Assembly (NCBI GenBank): GCA_024704765.1
Contig: JAKMXF010000111.1
Span: 1,194,619-1,258,618, forward strand
Reading direction: 5' to 3'
Length of the DNA: 64,000 bases
Source of the DNA: Oopsacas minuta
Lineage: Eukaryota; Animalia; Porifera
The first letter of the stretch is position 1, and every line of letters starts with the position of its first letter. The position numbers and the translations under genes are program-made. The notes beneath the pieces are model-generated. The model ran no database searches. It saw only the letters and a program-made list of their open reading frames with translations, and had not been told where the DNA came from. Shown piece after piece: positions 51,325-64,000 of the stretch.

Positions 51325-51501
51325 AGAATTTGAAATTTGCTTAGTTTCTGTACCTAAAAGTACAGAATGTAAGCAAATTTCAAATTCTATCTGTTTACTT
51401 TATATTCATAAAAAACAACAATAAATTTACATATTATTATCCAGATTCTCAGAATCGTATTATATGCACTCAGTTACCCTGACAAAGTGTCAGGGTAACT
51501 G
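51325..51501. repeat. Two perfect hairpins
   Basis: 19-bp IR agaatttgaaatttgctta / taagcaaatttcaaattct with an inner 8-bp IR (51325-51388); 14-bp stem cagttaccctgaca-aag-tgtcagggtaactg (51471-51501). Confidence 0.8.
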
Positions 51502-51996
51502 GGAAGTGAATAATTTATCTCTATCAATCTTACATAGATAGGAAAGAAAAACAAGGCAGACAGCAGGTGCCAATTAGCACCATAAACGTACTTATGTGAC
51601 AATTTTCATTTTCATTGAATTCAATACAGACATTATCCATGTTAATTATTGGACATCTCCTAAGGGTCTACATGTGTAAGACTACAAGCATGATCAATGT
51701 ATAATTAAATGACATCTCCCCAATGCTAATCATTATTAAAGATATGTTTGTAATATCTTTAATTTTCCGCATTTCTATAAATGCAATGGTAATGATTACA
51801 TATTAATAGATTTATATTTTCGTATTATTTCTATAACTGATATTATTTCAGCAAATATCGATTACAAACCTTTAGCTTGACATATAAAGCTAATGAAGTA
51901 TTATTACATAAGGTTATTATGCTTAGTCGATAAATAAATGAATAATATAAAGTGTAGGAGATTTTAAGTTTGTATATAAACAAGTGGTGTAAGTAA

Positions 51997-53001
51997 ATGG
52001 CTAAGTTAATTATTTCAAAAGATTGCAGTTCTGTTACTGAAAGCACAAATTCGGACATGAGTGTAATAGTAGAACGTAACGCTCACACTCCCCTACCCAC
52101 CCTTCGTCCTCAAAACGAGAGAATACCTCTATCTTTCAACCATATTTCAGACTCTCTTACAGACCTGAATAGTCAGAGCGATTCTGGTGAAGAAGATTAT
52201 CCACCTAACTCCATAAAGCAAATCGAATGGTTCCATCCTGACATGAACAGATTGATGGCATCTTCTTTTCTGAAAACACACAATTTGGAAGGGTCTTATC
52301 TCCTGCGTCCATCGGATAATTATCCCATTGAAAACATAGAACAGTACACACTATCTGTCTGGTCTGGTGGCGGAGCATTCGAATTCCCAGTAAAATACAA
52401 ATTAGATGATTTAACGTTAGAGTATGGACTCCATGCTTATACAATGGCAGAGTTCATATCTCACTTTAAGAAATTTCCTCGTATCGGAAAACCTAATCTC
52501 GCTCTCATTCTCAAATTTCCTTTGGGACGTTCCATAATGGAACCATCACAATACGAGGTATATAAACCAGAGGGGTATGGTCGAAACGTTGACACTCTGG
52601 AAGGACTCAAAAATAGCATATTCGAAGGACAAGATAGCGCCAGTCTAACGACTAATTTCTTCCCAATCAATAAATCAGGTTTCTTGCATAAACGGGGTCA
52701 TGTTAGGAAGAACTGGAAGAAACGCTGGTTTGTTTTGGACAGAGGAGAGCTCTCCTACTATTCAGGAACTCCGACTACACCTCAGCAAGCCCATAACAAA
52801 CTGATACGTAAACTTGATTTAGGACAGGTATTGTGGTTAGATGAAAAAGAGCATACGTTTAAACAGAAGTATTGCTTCACGCTATACTTCCCTGGAATTA
52901 AGTACAGTATGTATGCATTTGAAGAGGAAGATTACGAAGCATGGATCTCGATACTCAAACAAGCTCTTAAACTACCTCGTCATAATGAATCTACAAGTTG
53001 A
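51997..53001 (+). CDS. DAPP1: DAPP1/Bam32-like SH2-PH adaptor, intronless
   Basis: SH2 (EWFHPDMNR...GSYLLRPS), linker EPSQYE, PH (KSGFLHKRGHVRKNWKKRWFVL...WISIL). Confidence 0.8.
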   Translation: MAKLIISKDCSSVTESTNSDMSVIVERNAHTPLPTLRPQNERIPLSFNHISDSLTDLNSQSDSGEEDYPPNSIKQIEWFHPDMNRLMASSFLKTHNLEGSYLLRPSDNYPIENIEQYTLSVWSGGGAFEFPVKYKLDDLTLEYGLHAYTMAEFISHFKKFPRIGKPNLALILKFPLGRSIMEPSQYEVYKPEGYGRNVDTLEGLKNSIFEGQDSASLTTNFFPINKSGFLHKRGHVRKNWKKRWFVLDRGELSYYSGTPTTPQQAHNKLIRKLDLGQVLWLDEKEHTFKQKYCFTLYFPGIKYSMYAFEEEDYEAWISILKQALKLPRHNESTS

Positions 53002-53802
53002 CACCATTAATTTGTTTTATTTGTATTGTTTGTTGTAATATATAGATTCTGATTTTAACGTTGCCCACTGAGTTCTCTTTACCTGGCAAAACTATCTATA
53101 TTCTAGACAATCGAGAACACGATTGACACATTAACTACAGATATAGAGTAATACATTTACAAATGTTACGTGAGTCTACAGTAATTATTATATTGAAGTA
53201 TCCATGGTTAAATTGTATTAATTATTTAAATTCAACTTTATAATCAGTGATATTAAATCTAAGAACAAATTTATCAATCTCGATATCCTATTCATCTGAA
53301 TTCGTATAGCGGGCCGCTAGATTGGCATGGTCATCATAACAACCCTCCACTGTAAATTAAGTTTAGGGGTAAACTGCGAAGTATTGCAACTATACTCTTT
53401 TCTATAATATTCTGTATTAACTATAGCTTTCAAATTCTTATTTTCTGATTAACAAAAATTAAATATGTACTCTGAACTACAAGTATTATTTTTGGGAAAT
53501 TTTTTCGATAGTTACAGACGTAAACATTTTGCACACAGAGAGAGCATCATTGTACAATTATTATCAAATCATTATACCAATTAATCTTAGATCATTTTAC
53601 AAATGAGCATTATTTATCAATTGTATGTGTTTATTCAGCAGTAAATCGTAGCTCTAACTATTCCAAGTGATGAATCTCCCTCCCTATGAATTGTGAACAA
53701 AGATACATGGTCTAGGAATAAGGGGACATTCAATATTAATGAGAGTAAATCGTTAACAATAATATTACAGCTACAATGAGTTATTGACTATATTTATGAG
53801 AA

Positions 53803-53933
53803 TCTGGAAGGTAATTCTATTCTTATTAATCCTATTCAAATGTAATTTACTGTTGAATAAGTCATGTTTTACGCTTATTTATGGAGGCTACATAGCTTTT
53901 TTCGAATTAAAACCAACAGAATTACCTTCCAGA
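53803..53933. repeat. 131-bp inverted-repeat element
   Basis: Perfect 16-bp IR tctggaaggtaattct / agaattaccttccaga. Confidence 0.7.
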
Positions 53934-54503
53934 CAGAAATTTAGCTAAAATATACATAAATATTATATTATAAATCGTATTACCTCGAATAATCGCAATC
54001 TCCTGAGACTCCTAACAGTTTTAACTGCCTAAAGTGAATCGTTGTTTCCCATTATTTGGCTTACTGTTTATAAGGATAAATACACATAATGCAAGCACAT
54101 AGGTATAGTTATATCGAAATGATCGTGTTTACAAAAATCGAAACTGTCCTCTCAAGGGGTCTTGAAATAATTAATCGCCCTGGCTATTATTTGAGGTAAT
54201 ACCGTAATTTACTACTTATCGAATTATCGCTAATATCTTCTCTGATAAACTACGTTTGCTGAATCAGATTTATTCTAATTTCGACACAGCTGACAAAATA
54301 AAACGCTCATGATGAATAATAAGATACTAATTAGTGCTAATTCTATATCTCAATTGCAAGACTTAGCCTACCACACCACTAATGAACTAAAACTACTATA
54401 TAAACTGGAGTAGTATAAGAAAGTGCATTTGAGTTAGTTTAGAAACTTGTTAAAGACTTGAGTAGCTGCAAGAATAAATAATTATACGTAAATATAATCA
54501 AGC

Positions 54504-55145
54504 ATGCAAACACTCAAAAAAGAACATCCCCAGTATTTCAGAGTACAGGACAGATTCAACAAGACTCTAAATTCAAAAGATGCATGGGAGTTCCTCCTTG
54601 CTTCCAATTCCACTCACGTGCTCATTCACTACTTCGCACAATACATGTACGCACGTCCTAATGCTGATTTTGGAACTGAAGGAGGTTTTAGTAAACAGAC
54701 ACTAAACTGGTTGAATCTAATCCTATTCTTTTTTGTGATAGCATTCATCCTGGTGTTCATGTTGCTGGTACCAATAGCATGTTTAGGAACAGGAGTGTAT
54801 GGACAGTTAAGTAGTAGCCCAGATGATCTGTCTAACATACAACTAATGGTTGTAGGTTCATTAGCTATTATAGAGTTCATTGCTCGAGTTGTATGGTACT
54901 TTATTGGACGACTTGATACCAAAGATTCCGTATTTACATTTGTGGAAACTTTTGACTTTTTGCCAGTCCCCATCATTGCTCTCTTCATTTGGGGAATAGT
55001 AGAAGCTGTAAGTGTACAGTTTGATATCTACTCAGTTGTAAATGCTCCATTACTCCTGAATGTATTGGGAGTATTGGGATGGGGAATATACCTGCTGTTT
55101 AGACTACAGAAGTTTGCTATTCGGATTTTTGATGGTCCAGATTAA
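54504..55145 (+). CDS. Uncharacterised membrane protein (about 4 TM), copy 1
   Basis: 213-aa ORF with several hydrophobic stretches; duplicated at 57224. Confidence 0.7.
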   Translation: MQTLKKEHPQYFRVQDRFNKTLNSKDAWEFLLASNSTHVLIHYFAQYMYARPNADFGTEGGFSKQTLNWLNLILFFFVIAFILVFMLLVPIACLGTGVYGQLSSSPDDLSNIQLMVVGSLAIIEFIARVVWYFIGRLDTKDSVFTFVETFDFLPVPIIALFIWGIVEAVSVQFDIYSVVNAPLLLNVLGVLGWGIYLLFRLQKFAIRIFDGPD

Positions 55146-55439
55146 CTATACCATCTTGGAAAAAAAGATATACTGTAAAACTACATGTTTATGTTTGGGA
55201 TTTTGCTATATTACCACTATATGTATTGCTGGTATTTGTATGCAGATATCTTTTAATGAGTTATATATCTCTGGTAAATATTCTAATAATAACCACTTGG
55301 GTGCTTCATGACGTGAGGCTCTTATGACTTACCCTGCGAGCCATTGATTTCTAACTCGAACCATTTAAACGTGTCGATTGTAATTGTATAATAATGAATT
55401 GATTAGAAGGTAATAGATTTTGCAAACTAATCTCTATTA

Positions 55440-56030
55440 CTTTAATCTGTAGCTTATGTCAACCCATCGAATACAGAGGACTCACCACCCACAAGGAAAT
55501 AGGTTAGTATGACCGTTCTTTTTTTGCTAGAGAAGATGATGGGAAGATTTCCTTTAATGCTCTACTCATACGTACGCTAGTTCTTGTAATTCTTCAATTC
55601 AAACAACTCCTTTGAATTTCTAAGTACTTAATCCCTTAACTTGATGTATGGAAGGTGCAAAGGTTTTCGTTCCGAATTGGCGATGAATTAGCTTATGAAA
55701 CTCAAGTATACGAAAAGCTATTAAAATAAGCTTCAATACTATACAAATAATAGTTATACATCTCCAGAAAGCGGAAAAAAGTTATTATAATTATACTAAT
55801 GCTTCAAACAAGAGAGAATTTAATGTATGAGAAGTTTTGCTCAGTATTCCTAACAGAGGAAGATTGGATCCTAGTTGGGGAGGAGAATGATTGGTTCCAG
55901 AAGTAATTGGCAAGTGAATCTTAGAGTAAGACAACAGGATGGACGAATTCGAGTAGTACTTACAAATAGAGTAAGACCTCGATATATGCCTGAAATTGAA
56001 ACTGATGATTATGACGATATTAATGAGATA
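55440..56030 (+). pseudogene. Possible Gypsy-type LTR retrotransposon integrase C-terminal remnant
   Basis: Broken frames give EVLLSIPNRGRLDPSW and QVNLRVRQQDGRIRVVLTNRVRP, resembling the KL-P-W...VH-NRL region downstream of the integrase core. Confidence 0.35.
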
Positions 56031-56165
56031 ACAAACAGTATATATCTATATATATCTATACAGAGCATGCTACTATAAAACTACACAGAGCATACTTAAA
56101 CCTTCTCGCAAAAAGGTACACAGAGCTTTATTTGAATTATGGATAGAGATCCAAGAATTCAAATA

Positions 56166-56327
56166 CAGTAGACTCCACTTATATAGAGCCACCGTTAAAT
56201 CGGGCCAACCTGGTTAACCATACAATAGTTTTAATTCACTCCGGTTAATCGGGCCAACACCCTTATTACGCTTAATCGGGTCAAAATGGCCTGGTCCCGA
56301 TGTGACCCTATTTAGCGGAGTCTAATG
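56166..56327. mobile_element. Tc1/pogo-like MITE
   Basis: TA-cagtagactcc ... ggagtctaatg. A related inverted copy lies near 36310-36490. Confidence 0.6.
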
Positions 56328-56776
56328 TTTACGTAACTCTCCAAAAAGAAGGGCAAGTAAGCTTTGAACGGCAGCCTCTATACTACTAAATAATTTATAA
56401 TTGTATGCATGGGCGAAATTCGATTATGGAGATCGACATATATAACTTTTTGTTACCCAAATAATGGGCCCAAGTCCGATTCCTAAACCTCTGAATGGGA
56501 GTTTGAGACCATGCTTGGATAATGAAAAGTTAGGTTAATCACAGGTCAAATAATCGCTTGACACTGGAAAAAAGGTATTACACTTTCTATTAAATACAAT
56601 TTATAGATTATTATGTAAGTTAGAGGCAAATTATTCAAACTTTCTTTCTGGAAGACATTTGAATTTAATCCGCTATGGTCGTAACCATAATTACAAATAA
56701 TGCTGTGTGTACTAGTATACGAAAACGCTCTGTTTACTATTATACGAGCATCTGTGTATCTTTCTATTTGTAGAAG

Positions 56777-56905
56777 GGAGTGTTATACGTACCTTTTTGG
56801 AAAGTTTCTGCCATGTGGAAGCAGAAAAAATATGTAATATATTTTGTCCATATTTTTCAGATTCTGCATGCATAAACTTTCCAAAAAATGTACGTATAAC
56901 ACTCC
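56777..56905. repeat. Fold-back element (about 35-bp arms)
   Basis: ggagtgttatacgtacctttttggaaagttt ... aaactttccaaaaaatgtacgtataacactcc. Confidence 0.75.
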
Positions 56906-57223
56906 TTTATTTTTACTAAATATTCGCGGGAATTACAATTATGACTACACTACTAGATAAATTATGAGGATAGCATAGAAACATTTTTTAACCAAATGAA
57001 ACGCTCATGATTAATAGCTAATCTGCGTGTAAAACTAACGTTATATTCTATATCTCCATTGTACATACCACTCAAAGAACTAGACTACTAGAGATTCTAT
57101 ATGTGTATATTCTACATATAAGCTAGCTGGCTCAGGTGAGTGCATTTGAATTCCAACTAGATTAGTAACTTGTTAATGACTTGAATAGCTGCAATTATTT
57201 AATAAGTATCTTTGTAATCAAGC

Positions 57224-57865
57224 ATGCAAGAACTCAAAAAAGAACATCCCCAGTATTTCAGAGTACAGGACAGATTCAACAAGACTCTAAATTCAAAAGA
57301 TGCATGGGAGTTCCTCCTTGCTTCCAATTCCACTCACGTGCTCATTCACTACTTCGCACAATACATGTACGCACGTCCTAATGCTGATTTTGGAACTGAA
57401 AGAGGTTTTAGTAAACAGACACTAAACTGGTTGAATCTAATCCTATTCTTTTTTGTGATAGCATTCATCCTGGTGTTCATGTTGCTGGTACCAATAGCAT
57501 GTTTAGGAACAGGAGTGTATGGACAGTTAAGTAGTAGCCCAGATGATCTGTCTAACATACAACTAATGGTTGTAGGTTCATTAGCTATTATAGAGTTCAT
57601 TGCTCGAGTTGTATGGTACTTTATTGGACGACTTGATACCAAAGATTCCGTATTTACATTTGTGGAAACTTTTGACTTTTTGCCAGTCCCCATCATTGCT
57701 CTCTTCATTTGGGGAATAGTAGAAGCTGTAAGTGTACAGTTTGATATCTACTCAGTTGTAAATGCTCCATTACTCCTGAATGTATTGGGAGTATTGGGAT
57801 GGGGAATATACCTGCTGTTTAGACTACAGAAGTTTGCTATTCGGATTTTTGATGGTCCAGATTAA
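57224..57865 (+). CDS. Uncharacterised membrane protein (about 4 TM), copy 2
   Basis: Differs from copy 1 at two residues (T3E and G60R). Confidence 0.7.
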   Translation: MQELKKEHPQYFRVQDRFNKTLNSKDAWEFLLASNSTHVLIHYFAQYMYARPNADFGTERGFSKQTLNWLNLILFFFVIAFILVFMLLVPIACLGTGVYGQLSSSPDDLSNIQLMVVGSLAIIEFIARVVWYFIGRLDTKDSVFTFVETFDFLPVPIIALFIWGIVEAVSVQFDIYSVVNAPLLLNVLGVLGWGIYLLFRLQKFAIRIFDGPD

Positions 57866-58967
57866 CTATACCATCTTGTCGTTAACTACATGTTCATATT
57901 TCGGATGTTTATATATTACCGCAAATAATATTGCAAGTATTTGTATTAATACGGAAATCAGTTTATCTTGTATTGAGTTCTTTAGATCTTTGGCCAACTT
58001 CTTATTATAATAACCACTTGCACGCTTCATGACGTGAGGCACATCTGGACTTACATGGTGAATCGTATCCAACGCCAACCAGGAGGGATAATTTAAAAGT
58101 ATTGATCATGAAGTCATGCATGATGAAGTTGCCCATGGGTCATGTATCTTTATAGTAGTGTCCTGCTGGAATCCACGCCCATAGGGGGATGAGGCCAGGG
58201 CCCCCACATGCGGTTTCATCTAGGTTCTCAAGACCATATGGCTAAAACTGAATTTTAATTATTTTCATCGTCTAGACTAGCCATATTGTATTATCATATA
58301 GGTTTTCATACGCCTATAGATATTGCTGAGATTTTTGCGCCTGGAATACCCTGCCCACATATATCTTCCAGGGCACACCATATAAGTACCTACTGATAAT
58401 AATTGGCCAACTAATTTCATACGCATCTTTCAGGGTTTGCCCTCCTAACAGGCCGGGGGCTTACAACGCTTCCCCAGACCCCCAACTAGTACTTGGATTT
58501 CCAGGTTTCAATACCCCCGCCGATATATTTTGTTTATATATCACTAAATATATGTAATGTATAGTTATTTCAGAAATTAGTGATGTGTGGGGATGATTCA
58601 AATATAATAGCTTATAATCATCGTATTTTTTGAGCCAACCCATGGGTACGAGGCCAGTTAGGGCTATTATTCTACCTCGAATTCTTGTGGCCCTACTGAC
58701 AGTTTGACTAGCCCTTACCACCTATTCGCATCTTTGTGTGTCGGTGATGTACTTACACACTACGTTATTCATGGTATACACATAAAAGTTCATAAATCGT
58801 TACCTGTATAAAAAATCTTAGAAAGCAAATTATGTTAGTTTATTAATGAATGAGTGTATAGTATGCAGAGCATGAACCGATAAAAAACATGAACCACAAG
58901 GCAAAACAGTGATTACTCTAAACATGTTTAAAACAGGTTAAGAATCCTTGCTTCAGCGCCCTCTACC

Positions 58968-59717
<750 letters not shown>

Positions 59718-60963
59718 TTATATTTTGATAAGCTAATAACGAAAATAATAACAAAAGAATTACTACCAATACAATAGTGGTTACCTATTTATAATAACAG
59801 ATTTTATATAACATTTATTCGTCTTCACGCAATTATAATTTATGTACCTAGATGATTATACGATTTAAAGTTCAAGTAAGGCCTAATATATTCAAACTGT
59901 GTGCCACAATTGTACAAACTAGTGTCTAGTATAAGATGCGTTCTTAATCCAGCACTAATTTTAGTACCTAAAGGATGATCGTATTACACTAGTTCAGTCT
60001 TATGGCCTAAAGTACTATTACATGGTAATAGATTATGATATAGTGTGTATCACTCAATGGTGGTAGAGATAATGAATTGGCATATACCCATGATCAATTC
60101 ATTATATTCATGTGTAATGTGATGAAATCATTCATCATTAATATACTATTTCAGGAGTAGAATCACCATAACATTTCTCAATGTATTAATTTAATAAGAT
60201 ACTATTTAACACTTGACGCAATTAGTTTGGGTTCATTTCCAATGAAAAGAGGAAATTATGAGGTTTAACATTATCTCATATGATATGGATATGTAAGTAC
60301 ACATCATGAATAAGGCTTTCAATGATTCATATAATTATAAGAGGCTAGAATAATGAGAATCCATTCTCCATTTATAGTGGATAGTATAAATTCTGTGATG
60401 ATGTAAGTAGGATTTATTAGGTATATTTATAGGCACACATGTGATGATATATCATAGCAAAAGTAATTATATTTATCTAATTGTGTAGATTAACATTATT
60501 ATAATGAGGTTGTAATTAAAACGTTAAATATCTAGAAGATCACATTATTGTCTTTTGTACTTCTTGCTACGTTTCAAAATCTAGCACAAACCCTACAGAA
60601 TTGAATAATTCGATTCATTATTTACTTCATAGTTTATTAACTTTCGCCTAAGTGTAATAATTAAATTACTTCAACCGTGACCTATGTAGGTCACTCTTCA
60701 GCTTAGTTGTCAAGCCTGACAAATCTGAAGTGAGACTCACATATTTGAACACAATGTCACTTTCGTTTTCACCTTCTCAATGTATATTTTTCTGGGGTTT
60801 TACTACAGTGATTGATAACTATTAGTCATTATTGTGGTGTATATCCTATTAATCATCCATTTCATTCAAAACTATCTAAATTCAAAGATCCTATAAAGAT
60901 CTCACGGGTAGAATTTACAAAAGGTGACAACTATGCTTCAGGAACCATACTCCATGGCTGTTT

Positions 60964-61890
60964 GCCAGTCAACTCGTACCTATTTTCATCGTCAAGCCGT
61001 CCCAAAATTTTTTGGGCAACTCTTACGCGTACCTATTCTATAACAACAGGCAGTGTTGGTAAAGATTGCAAACTTCGTTTAGAACCATATCGTAATCAAT
61101 TATTTTACGGTGTGACATGAGAACGAATAAAAGTGGAATCTGTTTACATGCGGTCCCATGCTTAATAAATAAATGGATTGAAAATATCTGAACAAAAATT
61201 CCTTATTACCTTAATGTTGCATCTAGGTACCAACACTTTGCACGTGAGAGTAGCTGAAGGATATGGATCCAGTTGCTAAGATTATGTGTCTACGGTGTCC
61301 GATAAAATATCTTTTTATAAGAATCCCGTTGGTAAATGTTCAAAGGAAAGATAGAAATTAAATGTCTTAGGGTCTTCAGGGCGAAGCTGATACCAATGTC
61401 CGTTAGCCGCTTGAGCTAAAGCTGTAGGTGGTGGTAATGATTCTAATGGCATGCTAGGAGTCACTTTCTCAATGAAAACATCATCAACAATTCATTGTGC
61501 GGGACTAAACATTCGGGAACTGGCCTGCTGTTTAACTTCTCTAATTTGAGTACTTTCCAGTGAGACTGACAGATAACTGATGAGAATGTGATCGTGGTCC
61601 TAAAAGCATTATAAGAATGAAGTTAATAGTAGATTATTCATGACAAAAAATTCACCAGGTATAAATGTATTTCCAGTTTGAGAAACTGTAGCCTTGTAAT
61701 TGTTTGGTGGACTTCGTCTAGAACAAGTACATCTTAACATTATTCCTCTAACCTTTATAGTGAAACTGTATCCTCTACAATCAATTAATATTGGCTTTCT
61801 TCTTTGGCTGACGGTATTCACAACTTCATATACATTCTGTTGATTTTCCGAAGGATTCCGACGAGTTGAAATAGGTACGAGTTGGCTGGC
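60964..61890 (-). mobile_element. Internally deleted, decayed MULE (Mutator-like) element
   Basis: 21-bp TIR (60964-60984 vs 61870-61890, 20/21). Minus-strand remnants: FLYWCH-like SQRRKPILIDCRGYSF and transposase-like LRPEDPKTFNF...HLPTGFL*KDI...RRHIILAT, with stops and frameshifts. Confidence 0.6.
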
Positions 61891-62042
61891 TCTCCCCTAG
61901 TTACTCAGCCAGAGACTCTAACGAATCATTCCAAGATTCGACGAGATAATTAAAAATTAAATATCTGTATTCCATCTTCTGCCTAGATATTATGTGTTGT
62001 TTCAGAATCCGTTAATTCAGGTTGATATCGCTCAATTTGATA

Positions 62043-62874
62043 ATCCATAGCATAAATAAGGCAATGATAGTCCATTGAAATTTAGGACCAGGGACAGCGA
62101 TATATAGCGATGAATTTGCATAGGGCATCCTATTATTGTCTCTAGTATCAAAATGGTACACTTTTACCCGACTAAATGTATTAGTGATATTTAACTACAC
62201 ACAATCAATATCTGCAAAAATTTCAGGACTAAATGACGTCACCAGATTTATCACTCGACAATTATATTACTAAAATGCCCCATTTTGAAGCTCTGTAAAG
62301 TGTGTATTAATGTATCTAAGAATCCAAAATTTTTACGATGGGATTCCAGGCTGTTTGCATACAAAATATCAAAAATTAGTTATTAATGATTGCGGAAAAT
62401 TCTTTGGAGATATCATATCAAATGTACTATTAGGGTATGGGAAGTTGGGTATATACTATTTGTATGTCAGATATTTGGCCATAACGTTGAAAGTTGTCAA
62501 GTTATTGGCGAATATAGGCAAAATGTGTCATCCTGGTCACTACTATAACTCTGAAACGTGCTAACTTTATCATGACAAATTTTAGATATTTTCTATGAAA
62601 ACAGCCTTGAATCCCATGGGAAGAATCGTAGATGCAATAATACACACTTCACAGAGCTTCCAAATAGCATTTTAAGTAATAAAATTGTCGAGCGAGCTAT
62701 CTGGTCATTTCTATGTGTAGTTAAATATCGCTAATACATTTAGTCGGGTAAAGGTGTACCATGATACTATAGAAATAATAGGATTCCCTATGTAAATTCA
62801 TTGCTATATATCGCTGTCCCTGGTCCTAAATTTCAATGGATTATCATTGCCTTAGTGTATAGAATGCTATGGAT
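62043..62874. mobile_element. Non-autonomous element with about 160-bp TIRs
   Basis: 62043-62201 is an imperfect inverted copy of 62714-62874; a further inner IR lies at ~62281-62310 / 62638-62670. No TSD found. Confidence 0.7.
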
Positions 62875-64000
62875 AATGATTCATGAGTAGCTAATAGCTG
62901 CCTTGCTGATACGAACTGATAATATTCAGTTGAACCAAGTTCTAGTAAGTCTATATCATCAGAACGCAACTAATCTATGTATATATTTATGTTTGTATGT
63001 CCAGGATTGATTGAAGAAACTGGAAGACACCCAGGGCTGATTTATGGCATACAGGGGTATTTGGGGCCTGGCTCGGACATGTTCGAGTCTTGGACGTAAA
63101 TTCATACCTATGACGAAATTATGACGTTATTGTCACCTTTTGGAATTTCGAAAAATCACATTATTAACCACTGCTCAGCCAATATATATGTTAGAAGTTT
63201 GAAATTTGAATCACAGGTACCCCTTAATGTGAAAAATGTCCTGACGTCATGATTCTAACTAAAGCTATCTCATCATGGGATTATTACGTCATCATGACTG
63301 TACAAAATAATAAAAATTTCAGATATTCTTAATACCCGAGGCACGAGGTGCGAGATTACTAACCATAAAGGGAAATATCATCTCCAGTGTCATTACAGAA
63401 GGGCATTGAATGTAAATTGGATGGGCCATGGATAACAAAATCTTAAAATTTTAACTATTCTGTGAATTCGAGGCACGTAGTACCGAGTATATTCTGTCGC
63501 TTAGAGACCAATAACACAATAAAATTTACTGTTTAATTAATACTTAAGCTAACCTGGAGCACTAAGCTGTCGTGCAGCGACCTAGCAAGCGAAGCACGCT
63601 AGTAGAAATAAAATTGTAACGTATTCGTATTGTAATGTCGAAAAATTTTAATAGGAAAATATGAACTGAATTGGAGATAATATATAACTAAAAGTGAATA
63701 TATCTATAGCCTACGATAAATCCCAAATAATCACAATTATATGATAAATATGATAACTGATTTACTGCTGCAAGTTATGAAGATTGTTTGAGATCTTCAG
63801 GACAATCTGGTTGATTGAAGGGATGTGCTGCTTTGAATGCCTCATTCTTTTCCAGCTCTTCTACTATTCTACATATTGTTGGATAAGGTTCTACCTCTAC
63901 TTTGAACCTAAACGTAGAAATAATTATGGGGTTAATTCATTTGCAGAATTATTAATTGGATATTTCATATTTTGAAAGACAATTTTGACTCGAAATTACT

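Noticed and set aside
62310-62564. 84-aa ORF inside the long-TIR element as a transposase
   Set aside because: No DDE or zinc-finger motifs are recognisable.

Overview
AT-rich, gene-dense eukaryotic DNA with short GT-AG introns and an animal-type gene set. By inference it is an early-branching animal; the style is compatible with a glass sponge such as Oopsacas, but this is not verified. Recognisable genes are CFAP206, AKAP17A-like, a divergent actin, eIF1A, PPME1, two SPCS3 copies, a BAIAP3/Munc13-4-like gene, SPTLC1 (apparently nested in the intron of a CCDC32-like gene), two TRAF-like genes, DAPP1-like, two near-identical multi-TM orphan genes and an LC3C-like gene. Mobile DNA includes a mariner transposon, MULE and Gypsy remnants and many MITE-like elements. 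The most unusual part is ~15.5-36.3 kb, a ~10 kb tandem duplication. Each unit holds a convergent pair of distantly related genes (A and B). Once introns and single-base frameshifts are resolved, each gene encodes SAM + two ubiquitin-like domains + a shared helical region + VWA + an E2 (UBC) domain with its catalytic Cys + a U-box E3 in one polypeptide. All exon models and domain calls were made by eye; no databases were searched.
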